From Flavobacterium sp. (GTDB lineage Bacteria; Bacteroidota; Bacteroidia; Flavobacteriales; Flavobacteriaceae), in the NCBI GenBank assembly GCA_012032075.1, contig JAAURU010000001.1, forward strand, positions 1-37,579: a stretch of 37,579 nucleotides of DNA, written 5' to 3'. The position numbers and the translations under genes are program-made. Numbering within the stretch: position 1 is the first letter of the stretch; each line of letters begins with the position of its first letter. The notes below the pieces were generated by a model, which ran no database searches, had not been told where the DNA came from, and saw nothing but the letters and a program-made list of their open reading frames with translations. Of this stretch, positions 28,973 to 37,579 are shown piece by piece.

Positions 28973-30661
28973 TTAATTAGGTTTTGTGTAATAAATTTCT
29001 AGTTTTAATCTTTTATCAACTTCAGTGGTATTATTACCATAAATAACGGCTCCTCTTGGTTGTATGATTGAGCCTATTGGAATATATTGAGTGCCAAATG
29101 AAGTTGTATTTTTAACTTCATATCTTCCTGAATTATTGATGTTTTGAGTAACAGATAACCCAAGTCTTACGTTTCCATTTGTACTTGAGTTTGTTCCGTT
29201 AATAATATTATTTATGTGATTTCTTAATCGCACTCTATATCTTGTCAATTGGTCGTTAACTTCATTAATTTCTAAAATTCCTCCAAAAACTAGTTTATTA
29301 TTCTTAGAATCACTAGCTGTTGATGTGTCAAAAACATAGTCTAATAAAGGAGTATTATTTGTAGCATCATAAAGGTAAACTCGTGTTGAATAATTTATTG
29401 GATCTACAGATACACTTGTGTTTTCTATAAGACCTTTCTTTACATAAAAAGTTAAAAAAGCATCATTAACTAAAATGTTTTCTGTTCTTAATTGTTCCAA
29501 TTCTTCTGGAATGTTATCTACATCTCCAGAATCGTCTGGCCCAAATAAATCTATAAAAACAATTGAACCGTCTCCACCTTTTGGATACAATAAAGCATCT
29601 CCGCTTAATGAGCTTGAACTATTTAAAGCAGTTGTGTATTCGGAAGAATTATTATTTTCAAAAAAAGTAATAGAGTTGCCTGTAAAATTTAATCTTAGTG
29701 TTTTTTTTGTCTTTGTTGCACTAGCATCAGTAGATGATTTAGAATGGTATTCAATTTCTATAAATGCATTTGAAAAATCCAGTAATGCTAATACATTAGT
29801 TGGAGAGGAATCATCTTGTATATTTGAGTCTAAATCAAAAAATATTCCTTTTATGTGTTCTCTAAAAACTGAATTATTAATTAAGTTAGAAGAAGATGTA
29901 AATAAAACATTATCTTTAAAGAAATCTTTATTAAGTTGCAACCAAATTCCTGGTGCATATCTTTTGTCTATAACATATTTTGTAGGGTCGGTTGTTGCAT
30001 TGTTTTCACTATCTACAAATTCATTATTGTCATTTTTCTTATAAATTAGTATTTCTTCTTTACTAAATTTAAATTTTGTATTTTGATTTTCTAATGGAGA
30101 ATCGTTTAGAGTTATTCTTGTACCTGGAGCATTTAAGATTAAACTTTTTTGATCCGAATAATATTTTTGTCTTACTTCAGGATTTAAAGCATCAAACTCT
30201 CTTAAAAGATAATTATTTGTTGTGACTTTAAGGTTAAAAGTGTGATCTTCTTTGCCATAAATTTCATTTAAAGTAAAAGTATTAGGTTCATTTCCTGTTC
30301 CAGTAGCGGTTTGAGTACTTGAATAAGGTATATACAAATTAACGACATCAAATTGTTTTTGTTCTAATTCTAAACCAAAATCAGGTGCGTTATTTGCTAG
30401 TGAAATTTGGGTAACAAAGGAAGCTTTAGTAGTTCCAAAATAATCATCTTTATAAACTCCAAGTGCTTTTAAAGGTAAGTTATTTGATTGAACTGGTCCA
30501 GTAGCTCTTGTGTGTGCAATTAATGAAACGTCATCTTTTTTGTCAAAATCAAAATGATCGTCTCCTATGACATCTGAACCTATGGTATTAAAATCTTTAT
30601 CGCATGCAGTGAAAGTAATTACACTTATTAGTAAAGCGATATTTAAAACAATTTTTTTCAT
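28973..30661 (-). CDS. DUF4270-family lipoprotein
   Basis: Lipobox FTAC followed by DKDFNTIGSD; LGVYKDDYFG; C-terminal RLKLEIYYT; position between glycogen-synthase-like gene and glmS. Start 30661 preferred over 30715. Confidence 0.8.
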   Translation of the reverse strand: MKKIVLNIALLISVITFTACDKDFNTIGSDVIGDDHFDFDKKDDVSLIAHTRATGPVQSNNLPLKALGVYKDDYFGTTKASFVTQISLANNAPDFGLELEQKQFDVVNLYIPYSSTQTATGTGNEPNTFTLNEIYGKEDHTFNLKVTTNNYLLREFDALNPEVRQKYYSDQKSLILNAPGTRITLNDSPLENQNTKFKFSKEEILIYKKNDNNEFVDSENNATTDPTKYVIDKRYAPGIWLQLNKDFFKDNVLFTSSSNLINNSVFREHIKGIFFDLDSNIQDDSSPTNVLALLDFSNAFIEIEYHSKSSTDASATKTKKTLRLNFTGNSITFFENNNSSEYTTALNSSSSLSGDALLYPKGGDGSIVFIDLFGPDDSGDVDNIPEELEQLRTENILVNDAFLTFYVKKGLIENTSVSVDPINYSTRVYLYDATNNTPLLDYVFDTSTASDSKNNKLVFGGILEINEVNDQLTRYRVRLRNHINNIINGTNSSTNGNVRLGLSVTQNINNSGRYEVKNTTSFGTQYIPIGSIIQPRGAVIYGNNTTEVDKRLKLEIYYTKPN

Positions 30662-30674
30662 GTAAAAATGGTAA

Positions 30675-31480
30675 TTATAAAATATGTTTTTTAATAAAAT
30701 CGGTATAGATTTCACTAATTGAATCTTTAGGGGCGAAAGGTAAAAAAGGTTTGCCTGAAGTTTCTATATATTTTGTTAAAGTTGGATTTAGTCCTTCAGA
30801 ACCTACAATAACTCCATCAGAATGGTCGATTGTTAACTTCATAAGGTTTTCATAACTCGGTGCTACAATATGATGAGTTACTTCTTTAGAAATATTATCA
30901 AAACTTAATTTACCCACTAATTCTGGATTTAGATTACCATTATAGCCAAGATTGTATATCGACGAAATAATTTTTGTATCAGCAAAAATCCCTTCATTTT
31001 TATAGTAATGTTTTAAATAAACTGGTAATAAGGAAGCCATCCAGCCTTGAACATGAATAACATCGGGAACCCAATTTAGTTTTTTACAGTTTCTACAACA
31101 CCTTTTGCAAAAAAGATAGCACGTTCATCATTATCAGGAAATAAATTTCCTTCTTCATCAGTAAATGTTGCTTTTCTTTTAAAATACTCGTCGTTATCAA
31201 TAAAATAAACCTGAATTCTTTCTTTTGGAATGGAAGCAACTTTAATTATAAGAGGCATATCCATGTCATTAACTACAAGGTTCATACCAGATAAGCGAAT
31301 AACTTCATGTAGTTGATGTCTCCTTTCGTTGATATTTCCGTATCGTGGCATAAAAATTCTTATTTGTCCACCTATATCATTAATCATTTTTGGAAATTCA
31401 TATGATTGTAACGAAACTTCATTTTCTGCTAAATAAGGCACCACTTCAGATGATACATACAATATCCTCTTTTCTTCCAT
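30675..31480 (-). CDS. glycogen/starch-synthase N-terminal-domain-only protein (one frameshift ~31080-31085)
   Basis: RILYVSSEVVPY, RIFMPRYG, DNDERAIFF, then (KKL)NWVPDVIHVQGWMASLLP after restoring one A. Confidence 0.85.
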
Positions 31481-31517
31481 AATTATTTTTGTTTAACATT
31501 TGTTTTTAAAAAACACG

Positions 31518-31564
31518 CAAAATTACAAAAATTTATGGATTTATCTACTAAAATAGTAAGTTTG
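31518..31564. promoter_or_regulatory. divergent promoter pair (TAATTTTG minus 31525-31518; TAAGTTTG plus 31557-31564)
   Basis: Two exact TAnnTTTG boxes back to back between the glgA-like gene and panC. Confidence 0.65.
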
Positions 31565-31587
31565 CATACTAATTAACATATAACAAG

Positions 31588-32433
31588 ATGCTTATTTTTA
31601 CTGAAAAGAAGCTTTTATCTTCTCATTTATTGTCTTTACAACAGGGAAATAAAGCTATTGGTTTTGTTCCTACTATGGGTGCGTTACACAAAGGTCATTT
31701 GTCATTAATAGCTAAATCATTACATGAAAATGACACTACTGTTGTAAGTATTTTTGTTAATCCTACTCAATTTAACAATAAAGAAGATTTAGAAAACTAC
31801 CCTAGAGCACTTGATACAGATGTTAAAAAAATTAAATCTCTTAGTGAAGAAGTAATTGTTTATGCTCCTTCTAATGAAGATATTTATGATGCTGAAATTG
31901 CTTCCCAAAATTTTAATTATGATGGATTAGAATTCCAAATGGAAGGTAAACATAGAGCAGGACATTTTGATGGAGTGGGTACAATTGTAAAACGATTATT
32001 GGAAATTATCCAACCCAAGAATGCATACTTTGGAGAGAAAGATTTTCAACAATTACAAATTGTAAAGATATTAGTTGAAAAACATAATCTTCCTGTTACA
32101 ATTATAGGTTGTCCTATATTTAGAGAAGAAAATGGCTTGGCTATGAGTTCTCGAAACGAAAGATTATCATCTGCTTCACGAGAAAAGGCAACCTTAATTT
32201 ACAAAACTTTACAAGAAGCTAAAAAAAAATTTAAAACTAATTCAGCTTCAAGAACAATTGATTTTGTAGAAAATACATTTAAAAAGTATCCTGAATTTAC
32301 CTTGGAATATTTTGAAATTGCCGAAGAAGAAACATTGTTACCCATTAAAAGAAAGGATAAAACAAAAAAATATAGAGGTTTTATAGCTGTTTTTATAGAG
32401 AATATTAGATTAATTGACAATATTGCTATGTAA
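31588..32433 (+). CDS. panC: pantoate-beta-alanine ligase
   Basis: FVPTMGALHKGH, SIFVNPTQF, FGEKDFQQ, GLAMSSRN, RLIDNI. Confidence 0.98.
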   Translation: MLIFTEKKLLSSHLLSLQQGNKAIGFVPTMGALHKGHLSLIAKSLHENDTTVVSIFVNPTQFNNKEDLENYPRALDTDVKKIKSLSEEVIVYAPSNEDIYDAEIASQNFNYDGLEFQMEGKHRAGHFDGVGTIVKRLLEIIQPKNAYFGEKDFQQLQIVKILVEKHNLPVTIIGCPIFREENGLAMSSRNERLSSASREKATLIYKTLQEAKKKFKTNSASRTIDFVENTFKKYPEFTLEYFEIAEEETLLPIKRKDKTKKYRGFIAVFIENIRLIDNIAM

Positions 32434-32486
32434 ATAGGCATTAAATTTATTTCTGAAAAAATAATATTAAATTTATTTGAAATAAT

Positions 32487-32494
32487 TAACTTTG
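32487..32494 (+). promoter_or_regulatory. -7 box TAACTTTG of panD
   Basis: Exact TAnnTTTG, 4 nt before the panD ATG. Confidence 0.6.
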
Positions 32495-32498
32495 CACT

Positions 32499-32849
32499 AT
32501 GCATATTCAAGTAGTAAAATCAAAAATTCATAGAGTAACTGTAACGGGTGCCGATTTGAATTATATAGGAAGTATAACCATTGACGAAGCGTTAATGGAA
32601 GCTTCAAATATTATAGAAGGAGAAAAAGTTCAAATTGTTAATATTAACAATGGAGAACGTCTCGAAACATACGCTATTAAAGGACCAAGAAATACTGGAG
32701 AAATTACCTTAAATGGTCCAGCAGCAAGAAAAGTGCATAGAGGAGATATAATTATTATTATTTCTTATGCTTCAATGGATTTTGAAGAAGCTAAAAAATT
32801 CAAACCTTCTTTAGTATTTCCTAATGAGAAGGATAACTCGTTAACATAA
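32499..32849 (+). CDS. panD: aspartate 1-decarboxylase
   Basis: [18 protein letters not shown] (G-S self-cleavage site), [14 protein letters not shown]. Confidence 0.98.
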   Translation: MHIQVVKSKIHRVTVTGADLNYIGSITIDEALMEASNIIEGEKVQIVNINNGERLETYAIKGPRNTGEITLNGPAARKVHRGDIIIIISYASMDFEEAKKFKPSLVFPNEKDNSLT

Positions 32850-32851
32850 TT

Positions 32852-33813
32852 TTGAGGTTTTCTTTTAAAAAAACATTACAAATTTTTATTCCTTTATTAT
32901 TAGGAATTGGATTAATTTATTATCAATTTTCATCACTAAACGATAATCAGCTAGCTAAAATAAAGATTTATTTTGTCTAATGCAGGATTATTTTTTATGT
33001 CTTGTTATCTATTGTTATTTCTTTATTTGGTTATTGGTCTAGAGCTTATCGCTGGAAATATGCATTACATCATTTGGGTTACCAACCAAAATTTCACAAT
33101 TCATTTTTGCTGTAAGTATTTCTTATCTAATGAATTTAACTATTCCAAGATCAGGAGAAGTTACCAGAGCTGTTATTTTAAAAAAATATGAAGGTGTTCC
33201 TTTTGATAAAGGATTTGGTACCATTGTTGCCGAAAGAGTAGTTGATTTACTTATCTTCTTACTTTTTGTAATTACTGCTTTTGTACTACAATTTGACAAA
33301 ATAAGCACTTTTATATTTTCACATGTTTCACCAAATAAGATTATTCTTCTTTTTACTTTAGGAATTCTATTATTTATTATTTTTTTATTTATTTGGAGAT
33401 GGGCAAAATGGCCTTTTGTTCTAAAAGTAAAAAGTAAATTTATGGGATTAGCTGAAGGAATGACAAGTATTTTGAAAATGAAAACCAAATGGAAATATAT
33501 TGGGCATTCCTTTTTTATATGGTTTTCCTACTTAATGATGTTTTATGTTTGTATATTTTCAATACCAGAAACCGCTACAATTTCATTTGATATTGTAATT
33601 ATGGGCTTTATATTTGGAACTTTAGCGGTAGGGTTTACCAATGGTGGAATAGGTGCTTTTCCAATTTCAATTGCAAAAGTGTTACTCTTGTATGGCATTG
33701 CTGAAGATGCAGGAACGGCTTTAGGTTGGATAATATGGACTTCACAAACTTTACTAACTATTGTATTAGGTTTAACTTCCTATTTATTTTTGAATATTTT
33801 CAATAAAAATTAA
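32852..33813 (+). CDS. lysylphosphatidylglycerol-synthase TM / flippase-like membrane protein (several indels in 32970-33115)
   Basis: TTG start 32852 MRFSFKKTLQIFIPLLLGIG; internal SRAYRWKY fragment; NLTIPRSGEVTR, GTIVAERVVD, GGIGAFP in ORF 33130-33813. Confidence 0.82.
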
Positions 33814-33944
33814 TTAGTATATTGCTACATTAATTCTGTTTTATAATTTTACCATAAAATCTAAGTTAACAAACTGTTTGAGCAAATAAATCTAATAAAC
33901 AAATAAGATTTTATTTTGCAAAGGCTAATAAATAAATTTTACAC

Positions 33945-35159
33945 ATGAAAAAGAGACTATTTCTACTGTTTGTTTTAATAACTTCAATAAGTTTTTCGCA
34001 AAGAATAACCGAATCTATTCAGTCAAAAAAACTAGGTGAAACTAGAGAATTTACAGTCTCTTTGCCTGTAAATTATGAATTTGATGTGGATAAAAAATAT
34101 CCAATTTTAGTGCTTTTAGATGGAGAATATTTATTAAGCCCGTTTGAAGGAACTTTAAAATATGGAAATTATTGGGACGATTTACCAGGAATGATTATTG
34201 TTGCAGTAAATCAAAATTATGGAGAAAAACGATTTAAAGATAGTGAATATGATGAAACAGGTTTGCCAAGTAAAATGGGAGCCAGTTTTTTTGAATTTAT
34301 AGGTTTTGAATTGTTACCTTATATAGAAGGGAAATATCGCACACAGCCTTTTAGAGTAATTGCTGGTCACGATACAACAGCTGGGTTTTTAAATTTTTAT
34401 TTATACAAAGACAATCCTATTTTTAACGCTTATATTTCCATAGCTCCAGAAATGCCTAGAGGAATGGAAAAAAGAATCACAGATAGATTAGCTACCATTA
34501 AAACACCTATTTTTTATTATCAAGCAACTGCAGAAGGTGATATGAAAGAAATTAATGATGCCGCATTTGAATTAGATAACAATATTAATGCGATTCCAAA
34601 TAGAACCTTCAATTATCGTTTAGATAAATTTAAAGGAGCCACTCATTATTCTTTAGTTCCACTTGCAGTTTCAAGAGCATTATATTTTATTTTTGATGGA
34701 TACCAGCCTATTTCAATGTTAGAATTTCAAGAAAAGGTAGTAACTTTAGAAAAAGGATATACGCAATATTTAATTACTAAATATGATTATCTAGAAAAAC
34801 AGTTAGGTTTAAAAATAAAACCAAGATTAACCGACTTTAAAGCTATTGAAGCTGCTATTTTAAAAAATAAAGCTTATTTTGAACTACAAGAGTTAGGTAA
34901 ATATGCTGATAAACATTACCCTAAAACAACTTTAGGCACTTATCACCAAGCTTTGTATTATGAAAAATCTGGAGAATTTAAAAAAGCTATAAAAGAATAT
35001 AAGAAAGGATTTTCGTTAAATGAAATTAGAGAAATATCAAAAGCTTTTATGTTAGATAAAGCTGATAGCTTAAAAGACAAAAAAGATGAATCTAAAGTAG
35101 AAGAATATGCTGAACCAACTCCTGAAGAAGGAACTGAAGAAAAGAAAGAAGGAGAATAA
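33945..35159 (+). CDS. alpha/beta-hydrolase-fold esterase-family protein with TPR-like tail
   Basis: Signal peptide; SLPVNY, YPILVLLDG, ELLPYIEGKY, GHDTTAG, ATHYSL; helical C-terminus. Confidence 0.8.
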   Translation: MKKRLFLLFVLITSISFSQRITESIQSKKLGETREFTVSLPVNYEFDVDKKYPILVLLDGEYLLSPFEGTLKYGNYWDDLPGMIIVAVNQNYGEKRFKDSEYDETGLPSKMGASFFEFIGFELLPYIEGKYRTQPFRVIAGHDTTAGFLNFYLYKDNPIFNAYISIAPEMPRGMEKRITDRLATIKTPIFYYQATAEGDMKEINDAAFELDNNINAIPNRTFNYRLDKFKGATHYSLVPLAVSRALYFIFDGYQPISMLEFQEKVVTLEKGYTQYLITKYDYLEKQLGLKIKPRLTDFKAIEAAILKNKAYFELQELGKYADKHYPKTTLGTYHQALYYEKSGEFKKAIKEYKKGFSLNEIREISKAFMLDKADSLKDKKDESKVEEYAEPTPEEGTEEKKEGE

Positions 35160-35161
35160 AA

Positions 35162-36524
35162 ATGAGCAAAGTAAAAACTTCTTTTTTCTGTCAAAATTGT
35201 GGTACTTCTTACTCAAAATGGCAAGGTCAATGCTATGCTTGTAAAGAATGGAACACAATTTCCGAAGAAATTATTCAAAAAGAAGAAAAAAGTAGCTTGG
35301 AAAACAACTACTACAGAAGCTTCTAAAGCTTCTAAGCCACTACTTATAAAGGAAATTGATACCACTCAAGAAATTCGTTTAAATACAACAGATAATGAGT
35401 TGAATCGCGTTCTTGGTGGTGGTTTAGTTCCAGGTTCCTTAACGCTTTTAGGAGGTGAACCTGGCATAGGAAAAAGTACATTGTTGCTTCAAATATCTTT
35501 AAAGTTACCGTACAAAACACTTTATGTTTCTGGTGAAGAAAGTCAAAAGCAAATTAAAATGCGTGCGGAGCGAATTGTGCCTAATAGCGACAATTGTTAC
35601 ATTCTTACCGAAACTAAAACTCAAAATATTTTCAGGCAAATTGCAGAAATGCAACCTGAAATTGTCATTATCGATTCCATTCAAACCTTGCATACAGATT
35701 ACATTGAGTCTTCAGCTGGAAGCATTTCGCAAATTAGAGAATGTACTACAGAGTTGATTAAGTTTGCCAAAGAAACCAACGTTCCAGTAATCTTAATTGG
35801 TCATATTACCAAAGATGGAACTATTGCAGGGCCAAAAATTTTAGAACACATGGTTGACACAGTACTTCAGTTTGAAGGAGACAGAAATCACGTGTATCGC
35901 ATTCTTCGTTCCTTAAAAAACCGATTTGGTTCCACCGCAGAACTAGGAATTTATGAAATGTTAGGGAATGGATTACGTGAAGTTGATAACCCATCAGAAA
36001 TCTTGATTTCCCATAAAGAGGAACAACTTTCAGGTACAGCAATTGCTTGTACGCTTGAAGGAATGCGTCCGTTAATGATAGAAATTCAATCGTTAGTAAG
36101 TTCAGCCGTTTATGGAACTCCGCAAAGAAGTACAACAGGTTACAATGCTAAACGTTTAAATATGATTTTAGCCGTTTTAGAAAAACGAGCTGGTTTTCGT
36201 TTAGGAACAAAAGATGTTTTTTTAAATATTACTGGTGGAATTTCTGTAGATGACACAGCCATAGATTTAGCAGTTGTTGCCGCTATTTTATCTTCTAATG
36301 AAGACATTGCTATTGAAGAAGGATTCTGTTTTGCAGGTGAAGTAGGGCTTTCAGGAGAAATAAGACCAGTTAATCGCATTGACCAACGCATCCAAGAAGC
36401 CGAAAAATTAGGTTTTAAAACTATTTTAGTATCCAAACACAATAAAATTTCGTTGAAAAACACAACAATAAAAGTAGTTTTAGCTTCTAAAATTGAAGAT
36501 GTTGTTAGTCATTTATTTGGATAA
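35162..36524 (+). CDS. radA: DNA repair protein RadA/Sms (one frameshift at A-run 35286-35291)
   Basis: FCQNCG...WQGQCYACKEWNT zinc finger from 35162; GEPGIGKSTL, KNRFG, GEVGLSGEIR in ORF 35199-36524. Confidence 0.97.
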
Positions 36525-36582
36525 TGATTTAGAAGTTTCCTTTTATAAATAGATTATTTGTTCACAGTTAATAACGCAAATC

Positions 36583-37017
36583 ATGACAACGCATACTACA
36601 ACTGCAACTTGGAAAGGAAAAATGCAGTTTGAAGCTACAAATCCTAGTGGAGAAAGGCTATTAATTAACGCAGGAGAAGAAAATGGAGGAGAAGGAGCAG
36701 GTTTACGACCTAAAGCATTAATGTTAGCCTCTTTAGCAGGTTGCTCAGGATTAGATGTAGCTTCTTTGATTGAAAAAATGAAATTAGAAGTAGAAGATTT
36801 TAAAATTGAAACCATTGCCAATCTAACTGAAGAACATCCAAAAATATATGACAACGTTATAATCGAATATCATTTTTATGGTGCCAACTTAAACGAAGCT
36901 AAATTACAAAAAGCAGTCGATTTATCAGTAGAAAAATACTGTGGAGTTATGGAAATGTTCCGAAAATTTGCAAATGTTGAAATAAAAATTTTTTTCATAA
37001 TAAATGAGAGTATTTAA
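36583..37017 (+). CDS. OsmC/YhfA family protein
   Basis: GLRPKALMLASLAGCSGLDV, EEHPK, LSVEKYCGV; true stop may be 37007 if the T-run 36989-36995 is miscounted. Confidence 0.9.
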   Translation: MTTHTTTATWKGKMQFEATNPSGERLLINAGEENGGEGAGLRPKALMLASLAGCSGLDVASLIEKMKLEVEDFKIETIANLTEEHPKIYDNVIIEYHFYGANLNEAKLQKAVDLSVEKYCGVMEMFRKFANVEIKIFFIINESI

Positions 37018-37579
37018 GTTTGTTTACCTCTTTTTTACGTTCTTTTCTTGTGCTCAAAGTAAAGATAATTCTTTTGTTGTTGATGCTTCAATTAAAGATG
37101 TAGTAGAAAGAAAAATTGAAAATATTGATGAGTTTAAAAAAAAGCGAAATGTTTCAAATTTTATGCTTGTCCTGTTATTGGTCAGTTTTACTTGAATGAT
37201 AGCCTCGTTCTAGATACTAAAAGTAAAGAAATGAAGCAATTGTCAAAATCATTTTATTTTTGGGACAATGCTATTTAAATATTGATGGAGGATTTGGAAT
37301 TTTTGGAACCATAGGTTTTTGTATTAAGATAAAAGATAATAGGACAGAGGTGTTTCATATGCTTTCCTCAGATGATTTTCCTGCTTATGCTTATAAAGAA
37401 AAAGATAGTCTTATCATGAGACTTGAAGTTCCGTGTAAAAATACTAGAATTATTCTTTCTGAAATTCCTAATGTAAAAGACAGACAAATAATATATGGTT
37501 GTGTTGAGTTTGAGAGTGAAAAGTTATTATTCTTTGAGTGGAATTATCGAAGAAAAATAAAGAGCCAAAAGAGAAAAAA
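37004..37579 (+). CDS. hypothetical exported protein, broken by apparent indels, probably runs to window edge
   Basis: Signal-like MRVFKFVYLFFTFFSCAQ; downstream coding-like fragments in other frames (e.g. LNIDGGFGIFGTIGFCIKIKDNRTEVFHMLSSDDFPAYAY). Confidence 0.45.

Overview
AT-rich Bacteroidota DNA, very likely Flavobacterium (TAnnTTTG promoters, murF-alr fusion, stand-alone atpD-atpC, glmS-DUF4270-glgA-like / panC-panD / radA synteny, T9SS cargo). It is mostly housekeeping genes (asd, mscL, murF-alr, tdk, rsmI, atpC/D, glmS, panC/D, radA, osmC-like). Accessory parts are the 3' end of an IS630 at the left edge, an ECF-type-promoter beta-barrel + fasciclin pair, a putative metal-uptake operon (RGPP leader ORF, TonB-dependent receptor, lipoprotein), and an insert between rsmI and atpC (IS1-family transposase, secreted GH9 glucanase, large Asp-box/PKD/MAM T9SS protein). 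About ten genes, including essential ones, carry single-base frameshifts mostly at homopolymers, which points to sequencing/assembly indels rather than pseudogenes. Most interesting: (i) a His-rich/CxxC/RGPP upstream ORF resembling metal-sensing ribosome-arrest leaders in front of the TonB receptor; (ii) an intact IS1-type transposase with only one recognisable end and a ~110-nt structured, terminator-ended leader; (iii) a multi-stem Flavo-1-like RNA abutting the rsmI start codon; (iv) inverted heptamer repeats between atpD and atpC. All calls come from reading the sequence; no database search was run.
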